Source: Felis catus | Taxonomy: Eukaryota | Assembly: GCF_018350175.1 (NCBI RefSeq) | Contig: NC_058373.1 | Span: 106,084,001-106,148,000, forward strand | Reading direction: 5' to 3' | DNA length: 64,000 bases | Shown: positions 36,851-49,480 of the stretch, piece after piece | How positions within the stretch are numbered: the first letter of the stretch is position 1 | How the letters are laid out: each line of letters begins with the position of its first letter | Program-made: the position numbers and the translations under genes | The notes under the pieces: generated by a model | Told to the model about the DNA's origin: nothing | The model's database searches: none | Seen by the model: the letters and a program-made list of their open reading frames with translations, nothing else

Positions 36851-39800
36851 ATATATATAGGCTACACATCAGTATCAGAAGTGTCACCTGTATAGAACAA
36901 GGGATGTGTATGGTATCCTCTGAAAATTGGGCTTTTTCTTGGCCACATCACTTGGGCTGCCTGGCCATCCTCAGCCCAATTTGAAGTCAAGCTGAAAACA
37001 AATTGCCCTGGGGGTTGATAGAGGACCCAAGCCCTTCTGATCTTTGGAATGGACTCATGATGGTCTAAACATTGCCATCCATCTTGCATTTCTTCTAGTC
37101 AATGGATACTGCATGGTATCCAAAGACTACTGCTTTTCTCTTATGCTGGCCTTCAGGTGGGAGAGAGCCTTCTGCATGTTAGATATTTTATTGCAAACTA
37201 AAACTAATGTACAATTACCAATTTATACATTTGAGGGTGGAGCTACATACAAAACCATCTAAACCTCAGTTGCTTATGGAGTATTGCATATGGGAAAAAA
37301 TAGGAAACTTTTAGATCACTGTGTTTCCTTTTATGTCTTCAATTTACCCTAAAAAAATAACTTCGGGGTACAATATGTTTCTGTTAAGAAGATGAAGCTA
37401 TCTGACCCCTCCAAGATTTTGCCCATTTTCTGTAATCTACCGTAGGTTTATGTGAGGCAAAATGATAATCTTTATTAAACCAGTTTAGACAATTATTCAA
37501 AGAGTTCTGAAAGAATTTTCTATGAATTTTGTTTAATAACATCAACTGTTGCTTAGCAAGTAGTAAACCTAAAATAAGAACTACTAAGGCTTAACAGCTA
37601 CTTGATAACATTCAGTTCCAAAAACACTAGCTATCTTCAAGAACCTTTGGACTATGTGTAGATCTAAGTCAGGGTTCTGGGGCTTTTCACACCGGAGTCA
37701 TTTATAGATCATTGCTATGTTGGCCTAGGTGCCCATTTTCTCAAAGTGTTGTATACATTGGTTTGTTTCTATAGCCCTGTGCCCCTATTAATATGAACTC
37801 TACTGAAGTTTAAAAGCCTGGTGAGTCTGTAATTAAGAGATGGCTTAAAATCTCTAATTCTTTACCTTGGAGAGAGTTTGGAACCCCCAGAGGAAGGAGT
37901 TTCCTGTTTATAAGGATTTTCATGTTTTCCATAGCAAAGACCAGTCACAATTATTTTTCACTAGTCTTGGGGGCGGGTGGGGGAAACCTCAGATCTAACC
38001 TTTGGTCTTTTCCCTGACACGCTTTTGTCTACTGCGCTCAACTATGTTTCCATGGTGTCAAACAAACAACACAGACATAGGATTGCACACTAGGAGTTTT
38101 TGACAAAGGAGATCCTTATTTTTAACCAAACCTTGATATGTCCCCCCCCACCCCGCCACCATGGGAAAAGGAGAGGTTCCCAAGTATGAATTTCTCATTT
38201 ACATAAAGTGTTTTTTATGCTTCTATGTCTACAGTTTCATTTACTGGAAGGTGGAAGAAACCATTCTGTACTGATCTTCGATGCCATCTCCCATTTCATT
38301 TACACCCATTACACTGCTGTGGCGAAGGAATCGCAGCCCCTCCCCCCACCCCGCCCGACCATGGGATGGTGAGCATCTCTTGTTAGTGTCCTTGCCCCAT
38401 TCCCTTACCCCCACCTCCAGTGTGGAGAAACTTTCCTGAGTCTAATCAGATTTGGGAAGCACCCTGACTGTCCTGGGATGAGAACGGGTGCCCAGAAAGG
38501 AAGTGATTGTAGTGCTGAGCAATGACGACTCAGGAAGACAGACACAGGGGAGAGGAGGTGTCTCCACCAGCTGCATAAAAAGAGAAAAGCCCGTGTATGG
38601 ATGGCCAAGACACTTCCCTACCAAGTCAGGTCAAGTTGCCCTACTCCCTTTTACATACCCCCCTTTGCTAAACTCCCTTTGATGACTTATCGTGCCCTTT
38701 GACTTCCCCCGGTTCATTCACATCTGTGTGTACCACCACAAAAAGCCCAGCAGAGTAGTTTCTCATACTTTCTTGGACTTCCATTCAGACCACTACCCTT
38801 TGAGACTTCAGCCCTGTCTCTAAAACCTCCTGATTAACTCTTAGACCAATAGGATCTTTGTGTCCATTCCTTAACTCTACTTGAGAAGCAGAGGGGTGGA
38901 GGGGAGAGTCAGAAAATAAAAGGAAGGGCTGATCACTAGTGAGCTAATCAAGCTTAGGCAGTTCTGATTATAAGCCTTTAGGAGTTCCAGTTTAAGATGG
39001 TTACTACAAGCTGACTGTCATTAGAAGGCTCACAAGAAGAGCCTGTCCTTTTTCCCTCCCTGTCTTTCTTCCCTCGAACCTCCACCATAATAAAGGCTTC
39101 ATTATTAAGAATTCTCGTAAAATGCCTTTTGCAGAAAACAGTCCTCTCCTACTGCCTTGAATGTAAGCTATTTGACCCTGAAAAGCAACAGCTGTTTAGT
39201 GACCTGACATTTTTATGGCTGGTGAGTTCACACTAAAAGCTTGGTCTTCTAACGGCTGTTAGAGGCGCTGCTAGAAATGGGGTCTCTGGAAAGGATTAAT
39301 GCAATTAAGAAAGGAGATTATCTTACGTGATCTGGGGAAATGATGCTCCGAGGACAATTAGCATTGACTTTGTCTCAAAAGAAAATAGCAAAGGTGACCC
39401 TCATCACTGACTTTCCCTCACAAGAATGTGGCAAAGGTGAGCCTGATCCATCAGCCTGATCAGTCCTGAAATCATCTGTAGTCATTAAAGTCTTTCTCAG
39501 GATTACCCCCAACTTCCCTTACATGGATTTCTAAGCAACACTAGAATCTAGGAACTGAGTTCCAGAGTTTGTCTATTGCCATCAGATGGGAGCTGTAACC
39601 CTAGGCGAGTGCCCTAAACCTTTTTGGGAAGTTCCAAAATGTCCCACCATCGGGGGTTGTAGTCCTGCCTCTGAGGCTCCAAGTCCCTGGATGCTAGGGA
39701 TTCACTGCAGCCGAGTCACTAAAATTAAACAAATTCTCCCAGTTGCACTGTTTAATGACCTCTGCCCTGGCTGTTTGGGAAGGGGAGGTGGAAAGGCAAC

Positions 39801-40454
39801 TGCTTAGAGCAGATTCTATTTCAGCAGCAAAGAAACTCACTTGCGGGCTTCCTTTTGTTTTACCAGGTAACGGCAGTAACGCTGATCTCAGAGCCCCACT
39901 GGGGCTGCACCAAAACCACTTAATGTGTTGATTTAGTCACAAAATCAATGTCTGTCATTAACATGGCTTTCCCCTGTAGAGGTTGTGGTAACCTAGGATG
40001 AGTGTGGTTGGAAGAGGAGGAAAGAACAAATCAAACGAAGTGAAGGGGCCCAGCTGAATGCTGTGTTCTCACAGACACTGCATGTTAAGAGCAACTCTGA
40101 CAAAAGAAAAGGCATCCTGGTGAGGAGGTTTAAAAACTGACTCAGAATCATCCACTGACAAGAAGCTTTAAGCCTGCAGAACAAATTACTAAGGAGATAT
40201 GACAGCTGGCCTCGTCTTTGAAGAAGTAGAAGACTTATTCTGTATTTTACCAGACAAAAGGGCTGTAACCAATGGGGTGAAACTCACCCAGACTGAGTTC
40301 ATTTCTCTTAGCTTGTAGAGAACTTTCAGACTCCGTTAGCTGACCAGCCATTGGGCAGGCTACCTCCCAAGATACTGAGTTCACTCATCCTTAGAGGCAT
40401 TCAAACCTATAAACTCAGAAGTTTGGGACTAAGGGACCGATTGGATAGATGGTT

Positions 40455-40945
40455 TTTTTTTTAAGTTTTTTTACTTGGAAATAATTTCAAACTTAGCAAA
40501 AGGTTGCAAAAGTAGATATAGTGCAAGGAACACCTTATTCCCTTTTCTCAGATTCACCTATTAACATATTGCCCCATTTGCTTCATCATTTCTCTTGTTC
40601 TGTCTCTGTGTGTTTATGCACACATCATGTTTTTTCTGAACCATTTGCTTACGCCATGGCCCTTAATTCCTGAATAGTCCAGTGTGCCTTTCCTAAGAAT
40701 AGGGATATACTCTTCAATAACCTCAGTACCTTGATCAACCTCATAAATATATTGACACTTTTATCTAAGTAACCACCCAAGTTCCAATTTTGTCAGTTGA
40801 TATAATAATGTCCTTTATAGTATTTCTCCCCTCCAGAAAAGGATCTAGTCCAAGGCCAGACGGTGCTTTAGTTGTCCCCTCTTTCCAGCCTCTTAGACGT
40901 TTTAGTCTTTGTTGGTTATGATGTTGACGTTTTTGAGCATTAGTC
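40455..40945 (-). mobile_element. Ancient L1 (L1MC/ME-like) 3' fragment
   Basis: ttggaaataatttcaaactta...gttgcaaaa...gattcacctattaacatattgccccatttgc. Confidence 0.65.
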
Positions 40946-40947
40946 CT

Positions 40948-41240
40948 ATGGGAGGCAGAATAATACACCCCCCAAAGGTGTCCATGTCCTAATCCCCAGA
41001 ACCTGTGAGTATGTTACCTTACCTGGCAAAGAGGACTTTGCAGGTGTAAATAAGATAAGGATTTTGAGATAGGTTATCCTGGATCATCCAGGTGGGTCCA
41101 ATGTAATCACCAGTATCCTTATAAGAGGGAGGCAGGAGAGCCAGAGCCAGAGAAGGAGATGTGAGGACAGAAGCAGAGGTTGGAGTAATGTGATTGCTGG
41201 CTTTGGAGATTGAAGGGCACCACAAGACAAGTAAACAAGT
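40948..41240 (+). mobile_element. MLT1D-like MaLR LTR fragment
   Basis: ggcagaataat...ccccaaaggtgtccatgtcctaatccccagaacctgtgagtatgttacctta...ggtgggtccaatgtaatcac...ccttataagagggaggcag. Confidence 0.82.
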
Positions 41241-41303
41241 CCCCCGCCACCCACCCCACCCACCCCCTGCTTTTTTAACTATAATTTTCCTCATGTTAGT
41301 CTG

Positions 41304-42441
41304 ATTTTTTCTTTTTTTTTTTTCTTTTTTTTAATTCAAATTAGTAACCTAACAGTGTAGTCTTGGCTTCAGGAGTAGAACCCAGTGATCATCCTAAAAA
41401 GTCCCCTCTTTAATGCCTATCATCCATTTAACCAATCCCCCCACCACCTCCCCTTTAGTAACCCTCAGTTTGTTCTCTGTATTTAAAAGTCTCTTATGGT
41501 TTCCCTCCTTCTGTGTTTTTATCTTATTTTTCCTTCCCTTCCCCTATGTTCATCTGTTGAGTTTCTCAAATTTCACATGAGTGAAATTATATGGTATCTT
41601 TCTCTGACTGACTTATTTCACTTAGCATAATACACATTGTTGCAAATGGCAAGATTTCATTTTTTCATTGCCAAGTAGTATTCCATTATATATGTATATC
41701 ACATTTTCTTTATCCATTCATCAGACAATGGACATTTGGGCTCTTTCCATACTTTGACCATATTGATAGTGCTGCTATACACATTGGGGTGCATGTGCCC
41801 CTTTGAATCAGCATTTTTGTATCCTTTGGACAAATTCCTGGTAGTGCAGTTGCTGGGTTGTATGTAAGATAGTTCTATTCTTAATTTTTTGAAGAAACTC
41901 CATGCTCAGAGTGGCTGCACCAGTTTGCATTCCCACCAACAATGTAAAGAGGGTTCCCCTTTCTCCACGTCCTTGCCAACATCTGTTGTTTCCTGAGTTG
42001 TTAATGTCAGCCATTCTGACAGGTGTCAGGTGGTATCTATCTCATTGTAGTTTTGATTTGTATTTCCCTGGTGATGAGTCATGTTGAGCCTCTTTTCATG
42101 TGTCTGTTAGTCATCTGGATGTCTTCTTTGGAAAAGTGCCTGTTCATGTTTTCTGCCCATTTCTTCACTAGATTATTGGGTTTTTGGGTATTGAGTTTGG
42201 TAAGTTCTTTATAGATTGTGGATACTAACCCTTTATCTCATATGTCATTTGCAAATATCTTCTTCAATTCTGTCAGTTGCCTTTTAGTTTTGTTGATTGT
42301 TTTCTTTGCTGTGCAGAAGCTTTTTATCTTGATGAGGTCCCAAGGGTTCATTTTTGCTTTTATTTCCCTTGCCTCCAGAGACATGTCTAGTAAGAAATTG
42401 CTGTTTTCTCCTGTAGGATTTTGATGGTTTCCTGTCTCACA
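41304..42441 (-). mobile_element. 5'-truncated carnivore L1 (~1.1 kb: 3'UTR plus degenerate ORF2 C-terminus)
   Basis: T tail; minus-strand ORF fragment '[14 protein letters not shown]' resembles the L1 ORF2 cysteine-rich end; frameshifted. Confidence 0.9.
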
Positions 42442-43439
42442 TGATGTTTCTTTTTGTTATTTTAAGGTTATACATTTTTGGCTGGAATGCAGCATAGGTG
42501 ACACCAGGGAATCACATCCCGAGCATACAGTCTTTGTTTCAAAATCACTTCTTGCACAACAATGTAAAAAACTAACCTACGAGAGAGTGCAGAATTAGTA
42601 CTTCCTTCCTCTTCTGCTTCCCCTTCCCACATCCTACTCTATTCTATGTTGAGGATGTATTACCAAAAACTGTTCATAAATTACATGGGTTGGTTTTTTC
42701 TTTCTCTCCCTTCAGGATGGTTATAGTAATCATTTGAAATGCATTTTGATCCATTTGTTTCCTTTTTCTTTTGGTGTTACTTAGGTTTTTCCTCCTTCTC
42801 AATGATTTAATTTTTATTTTTGAACATGTAGGCTGCTAACATAATTTTGAAGCCAAAACTATATGAAAAGGTGTAGTCAGAGAAGTGTCACTCTCTCCTG
42901 TATCCCTTTTCCTCCCTTCCCACCCCCACCCTTCCTTGTAACTATCCAACTTTAGTGTTTTGTGGTTTATCTTTCCTTTGTTCCTTTTGTAATGATAAAC
43001 AGATACATGTGTGTTTACTTATTTTTCCCTTTTTTGCACAAAAGGTAGCATGCTACATGTGCTCTTCTTCAGTGAGTCCTTTACCTGCTGGAAATCACCC
43101 CGTGTCAATTCATATAGATCTTCAACCTCACTCTTTTTTACAGCTGCATGCTACTCCATCGTGTACATGTAACATCGTTTATTCAACCAACCTCCAATAT
43201 TTTCCAATTACATATGACATTGTAGTGCATAACCTTTTGCATCTTTATTTGCTACTGTTGAAAGTATATTTCCAATCTAAAATCTTAGAAGTAGGATTGC
43301 TGGGTCAAAGAGTAGGTCAAAGCTAGGTCAAAGCAAATGACATAGGTCATTTTGCTCAAGATTGCTAAATTCCCCTTATAGGGATTGCACCATTTTGTAT
43401 TCCCACCAGCAATGTGTACATGCGCCTGATAAGTTCAAT

Positions 43440-44212
43440 CAGCTCTCACAATGTCCACTGTTAACATCCCAGACACAGCACCATCCTCTCTCTTCTGAAT
43501 TATGGCAATGGTCTCCTAACTGGTCTCTTGGCTTCATCCTTCCCCCAACTCTCATCACCACCACCCGCCCCCCCCCCCCAACCCCAGTCTATTCCCAACA
43601 CAACAGCCAAAGTGATGCTTTCAAACCGTATGTAACATCATATCACTCTACTTAAGCTCTCCAGAGGCATTCTATCTCACTTAGAAGTCAATGTGATAGT
43701 TCTCACAGTGGCCTCCTACACCCGGAATGATCTGGACACTTGCCAGCACCGTTACCCCTCTGACCTCATCCTCACTACTTTCCCTCTTCCTCCCTTTGCT
43801 ACAGCTGCACTGGCTTCCTCTTCCTTGATTGTACCAAGCAGCAAGCTACATCTGAGCTTTTGTGTTGCCTGAACGACTCTTCCCTTAGATATCACATCAC
43901 TTTCTCTGTCATCTCCTCCCCGCCTTCCTTCCAACTTAACCTTCTCAGTAAGGACTTTCTTGCCACTCATTTTACGATCATCACCCACTCCCATCCCAGC
44001 ACCTATCCCTATTCTCTGCTCTATTTTTCTTCATAATACTTACATGTTTTGTGTATCATTGATTATGTCACCTGATCCTACCCTATCCCTTAGAATAAAA
44101 GCTCCATAAAGTCAGAGATGTTTATTGTGTTCGCTGAAGATTTGCAGCTCCAGGAACAAGATGTAACATACTAGAGAGGATCTCAATAAATACTTGTTAA
44201 ATTGAATGAATC
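43440..44212 (+). mobile_element. L2 remnant including 3' terminus
   Basis: ggtctcctaactggtctc...cacaacagccaaagtgat...ctcaataaatacttgttaaattgaatgaat. Confidence 0.78.
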
Positions 44213-44356
44213 GCTTTAATGTATCACTCTCTTTCTTTGTTAAATCAAATATACCAACAAACACATGATATTAATGCAATTGACAAGGTTGATCAATTGA
44301 TACATTTTAAACAAAGATACAGTTTAAAAGATAAACCTGCCTTTTCAAATGTTAAT

Positions 44357-44539
44357 GGTAGCGTTTCTCAACAGTGTTCTATTTTGTGCTAAATAAAATT
44401 CTTTATCGTGAGGGCTGTCGTGTGCATCCCAGTCCTCTACCCATTTACACACCTCCCCAACTTGTGGCAACCAAAAATGTCTCCAGACCTTGTCAATCAT
44501 AACCCTGGGGAGTAAAATTGTCCCCATTTGGGACCCACT
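44357..44539. mobile_element. MER20-like hAT-Charlie element
   Basis: gtttctcaac...gggctgtcgtgtgcat...aaccaaaaatgtctccagac...ccctggggagtaaaattgtcccc. Confidence 0.78.
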
Positions 44540-44666
44540 CACCTATGGTTACATTCCCGAAAATGAAACACACATACACAAAAAGAATAGAATTTAACAA
44601 TAAAAGTTTAAGCAAAAAAGATTAGGTCAAAGTTAACCAAAACTACCATCTAAGATCTATTTATAA

Positions 44667-44857
44667 CAGGGTTTTCCAGATAAAATACAGGACACACAGT
44701 TACCTTATAAATTCAGATAATAAATCTTTTTTTTTTTTTTTAGCGGTAAGCATGTTCTGTGCAGTATTTAGAACATACATGAAAAGTTTGATGTTTGTCT
44801 GAAATTAAAATTTAGCTGGGGATCTTGTATTTTTATGTGCTAAATCTGACACGTCTT
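44667..44857. mobile_element. MER53-like palindromic hAT MITE, full length
   Basis: cagggttttccagataaaatacaggac...cttgtatttttatgtgctaaatctgac; perfect 8-bp TSD atttataa at 44659-44666 / 44858-44865. Confidence 0.85.
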
Positions 44858-47347
44858 ATTTATAAAATAATGAATATAACATCATTACATATAAAAATAT
44901 AGCCACTACATACAGAATACAGCAAAAACTGAACTCCAGGCAAAGGCATGTTTGCGGATGCCTTCATTTCTTAAAAAGAGATGACTAAAACTGAACTGAA
45001 AGTTTAACTTAAAAATGAGAAAACAACCAAAATAAAACAGGAAAAAAAATGAGTGCAGGAATATCACAGCTCAGTTAATTACAGGAATATCTCACAGCTC
45101 AGTTAATGAGAAGGAGGAATCTTGCCCATTCCTGCCCTGCCAATATGACAATAGCACTCCAAGACTGGTGACTCTTTACGGTGCTGGGTACATTCCAATG
45201 ATGCTTTACATCTGCTCATCCTTCTTCTAGGTGCTTTATCAATATCTTCTGTTGATATCCTTTAAATATACTACTTCATATCTCCATCATCTTGTGTAAT
45301 GTCCATCACATTTTGTTTACAGCCCCCTAGAGGAAGCTCTGTAGTCACAAGTACAGATATTATTACTTAAGCTCGTGGCTTCAAGAAAAGGCCTACTTCA
45401 TGCCTACTTAGTCGATTAAGTTAGATTAACTGAGACCTAGAGAATCTTACTGTCACGTTTATATATGATCCCTCGGCATCTTTACGGAGGAGTCAAGTAT
45501 TTTCCAGGCATTTCCCTCATATATCCTTTTAGACATTTACAGGGAGATGGTAATGCCTCCCTAAATGCAACAACACTCAAGAGACATGAACCTGTGAGTG
45601 ACTGGACTCCCCGAAGGAAGTGATTCTATCAGCCAACTTTGAGAACCAGGATGGAAACAAAGAAGTAAGCCCCATTGTGTTCAATCGGGTATCACCATAT
45701 TGTCATTTCCTGAGCAACGTTCTTCTTATCAGCCGTTTCTCTGTTGCTAAATTTCAATTGGAAAGAGCATTACAAGGGGGGAGGGGGAGGGGGAATCCAA
45801 ATCTTTATGTAGTATTTCCTAGGTAGTAAACACAGGATTTCCTGTATCCGAACTGACTTCAACAAATTGCCTGTTCCTTCAAACATGACCTGGTGACAAA
45901 TTTGGACGCTGTTTCATTAAGCGGAGATAAGCTTGCTGATTGAAATCTCCAGCTGAGCAAGGGGTTTTGCCAAGTGTACAGGAGAGTTCACAGAGCTGCC
46001 CGGACCCACCAGGACTGTGAGCCACAAAAATGAGCCTACATTGCACACTGCTCTCTACTTGGTCCTAGTATTTCATGTGTTTACATGTCTCCCCAGGTAG
46101 AGTCTAGAAGTACCAAATCACCCTTCTCTTCTGAGAGCACCAGTGGGCAACATGGTGATGAATAAAAAGGTAGGTGGTTGGTAAACAAGTGCTTTTGGCT
46201 CATCGCTTTTAGAAATAATAAGATGGGGGAATTCTGGAGAACTGACATTGAAATTTTGAACACTGGCATTCGCAGCTCTCAACCTCCAAAGGAAGGGAGG
46301 GTGCACTGTCAATGGAGGGACAGGAATCTTTCCCTCTCCAACCCAGATCTGGTCACACGAGGATGATTTGTAAATCTGCATTAGAAACAGTTCCTCTCCT
46401 CATTTCCCATCCCTAATAAGGTGCTTATGATGAACTAAGTGAGTGGCATCCTCTCCCCAGACTTCAGTCCCTCTGTTTTAAAAATCCTTTAGGGAGTTGC
46501 TTCTGGAAGCATGTGGTCATAACTCCCAGTACACACTGCTGGCCTGAAACTCAGTTGTACTTTAGTCACCACGGTGATGTGCCAAAGAGTCCTAGCAACT
46601 GCTCCAGTTTGCCAAGTGACGGAGGCTGTACAGATTTTGACTGCATGAAACTCCTACAGAAATAGGGAATCCATGCCATTATGAGGAAGTTACCAGGCAG
46701 GAAACTGTTTCAGGACAAGTCAGGGTAACTCTTTGGCATGAGCATTTGTAATATTCATTCTACAGTGTTGACCCAGTTGAAACGCTAGCTGTGTCCCTGG
46801 ACACAGTCTCTGTGACAGGTCCCTGTGTTCCTGGAATACAAATCTGCATCTTCAGCGTTCACTTCGTTAGTCTCCTGGGCTCGGTTGCTGAGAATCCGAG
46901 AATATCTATCTGTTCGTCCTGTCTCCAAGCTCTAATGAATTTATGAAAATGAACTCATTAAAATGTGACTATAAATATTCATGATTAGCATTTGAGATAA
47001 AATTCCCTTTCGGGATAATGACAATAACTATCATTTATTAAGGCAAGGCATGGTAAAAAGCATTTCCCATAAAACAGCCCAATAAAAACCCAATGACTCA
47101 CATTTTACAGATGAGGAAACTGAGGCCTGGGAAGATGAAGAAATTTACCCAGTGTCACACAAATTCAAGCATGATCTGACCAAAAATCTGAGCCCTTAAT
47201 ACATATTCAATAAAAAGAAAGTATGGGGATAATTTTATTTTTACTTCTGTGTTGGTGCTGCTATTTTCTGAGATTAAAATTTGAAATTAGAGCCTCAGCT
47301 AGCTCTCTGGGGCCACCTTGATTTGCTGTTGCAAGTGAAAATTTAAT

Positions 47348-47379
47348 TTTCTTTTTTTTTCCTTTCTTTTCTTTTCTTT

Positions 47380-47427
<48 letters not shown>

Positions 47428-47428
47428 T
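47348..47428 (+). repeat. (CTTT)n / pyrimidine-tract microsatellite
   Basis: Direct read. Confidence 0.93.
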
Positions 47429-47514
47429 CGGCAGGGGAAAGATTGGTCAAATATTTTTCCATCTTAAATCAGTGTCTTAGTACGGATTTTTAATTTTATA
47501 AAACATTTTCTCTT

Positions 47515-47672
47515 TTTTTGTTATTTATTGAGATAGATTTGGCATACAGCATTATATTAGTTTCAGGTATACAGCATAAATGATCCAATGTGTTTACGTA
47601 TTGCAAAATGATCACAAGTCTAGTTAACATCCTTCACTATACATAGTTACAGAACTTTTTTTCTTGTGATGA
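47515..47672 (-). mobile_element. Short L1MA9-like 3' end fragment
   Basis: ttattgagatagatttggcatacagcattatattagtttcaggtatacagcat...cttgtgatgaga. Confidence 0.72.
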
Positions 47673-48798
47673 GAGCAAGTAGGAACAGCAATGGAACAGT
47701 AGTCATAGAATCCAGGGGTTGGAGGAAACCTCAAAGGACAGTAGTGGACATATTTTAGTTTCCTACAATCAACCCCCCCTTCTGCTAGCCATCCTCTTGC
47801 ACCTGAAAATGTTCCCATCCCTCTGCATCAAGGGAGGGACATGGGACCCAAACAAAGCAATCAGAACTAAGGAACACCAAGTGTGGTTCCAGTGACAATC
47901 CCTGAAGAGACTGTCCTTTAGTTCTTGCTACCCAGAACTCCAGAGCATCCCTGATTCCAGTCCTTTCTGAAGTTTGTTTCTTTAGCTTCCCCAGCAATCT
48001 GAAAACTGGCCCAAATCAGGTTCTGTTGCTTGGAATTGAAGAGTCCTAACTGATGTAAGTGTCCCAATCTGATGTCATCAAGGGTCGCCAATCTGATGCA
48101 CCAGGCTTCCACTTCTGCAACAGCAAAGGACTGTTTGAACCAAGGGTTTTATTATTAAAATCTGAAACATCACAAATCTAGTCCAAACACCCTCAGTCCT
48201 CAGTAGCTCAAACTGACCATCTAGCTCAGCTCTTGGGGCCTTTAATTGGGGCTTTTATATTTATTTTGCACATGAATTAAATATGAGGACAGGGTGGTAT
48301 TTTAGGAGTTTATTTATTTATTGGAGCTTTTTTAATCTCACCACTGTTTGCCCTCGATCCAGACAGACGTGGAAACAACTACCATCCCAACTCACCTCTT
48401 GTTGACAACTTTCTCAAACACGGTTCCAACTCCCAGCTGCACTTTCTTTTGAACAGCTTATTATTACCATCAAATTGTAAATGTGCAACAGCACTTTTGC
48501 CTGTGTACATATCCAGCATTGGCAGTTTTCATTATTTCCTACTCCATGCCTGTCAAAAGAGATTTGTTCAATAATTTATTCTTTAGAGTTAGTGAATTTG
48601 GAATTTGTAGAATTTTAAGGGACCATTCCAAATTCAGAACTAAGAAAGCTGAATGGAACTTCCAAGCTACATCCTTATTCCTCATATTATCCTTCTCCAA
48701 AAAAAGGCAAGAATCCAAAATTCTTTGTAAAAAGAACATAGAGGCTCAGATCTGATTTGTCGTGTTTTGTTTTTAACTTGAGATTGGATGTAATCAAT

Positions 48799-49007
48799 CT
48801 TTTTTTTTTTTTTTTTTTTTAGAAAGGGAGAGAGAGTAACAGAGCATGGTGGGGTGGGATCAGAGAAAGGAGACACAGAATCTGAAGAAGGCTCCAGGAT
48901 CTGAGCTGTCAGCACAGAACCTGGTGTGGGGCTTGAACCCAGGAACCACGAGATCATGACCTGAGCCAAAGTCGGACACTCAACTGACTGAGCCACACAG
49001 GCATCCC
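48799..49007 (-). mobile_element. Can-SINE (SINEC_Fc-like)
   Basis: Poly-T...gacacagaatctgaagaaggctccagg...ctgagccacacaggcatccc. Confidence 0.92.
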
Positions 49008-49292
49008 TTAATCTTACATTTAATAGTGGCTATCTGTCCTTTTTTCTCAAAAATACGTTTATCTTTTTTCTATTTTAATAAATGGGCCAAAGTCAATGTG
49101 AAAAATTGAAGGGCCTCTAAATTATTACATCAAAGTTGGGGTGGTTTTCCAAGTTCTGGTTGGGAACCTTGTGGTATGGAATTTATAACAGATAGTTGCC
49201 TATATGGGAACAAATTGAATCCCAAACGTTCAGATGGGAATTAGTTGTTCAAACTTGAAACATGAAATCAAGTTGTTCAAAACTTGAAACAT

Positions 49293-49480
49293 GGGGCACT
49301 TGGGTGGCTCAGTTGGTTAAGCATCTGACTCCTAATTTCAACTCAGGTCATGATCTCATGGTTGTGAGATCAAGCGTTGGTTGGTCTCTGCACTGGGCAT
49401 GGAGCCTGCTTCAGATTCTCTCTCTCCTTCTCTCTCTTGTGCACTCTCTCTCTCTCTCTCTCTCAAAATTAAAAAAAAAA
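49293..49480 (+). mobile_element. Can-SINE
   Basis: ggggcacttgggtggctcagttggttaag...; TSD tgtt(c/t)aaaacttgaaacat at 49274-49292 / 49481-49499. Confidence 0.92.

Noticed and set aside
41808..42424. ORFs suggesting an active L1 ORF2
   Set aside because: Element is 5'-truncated to ~1.1 kb and frameshifted
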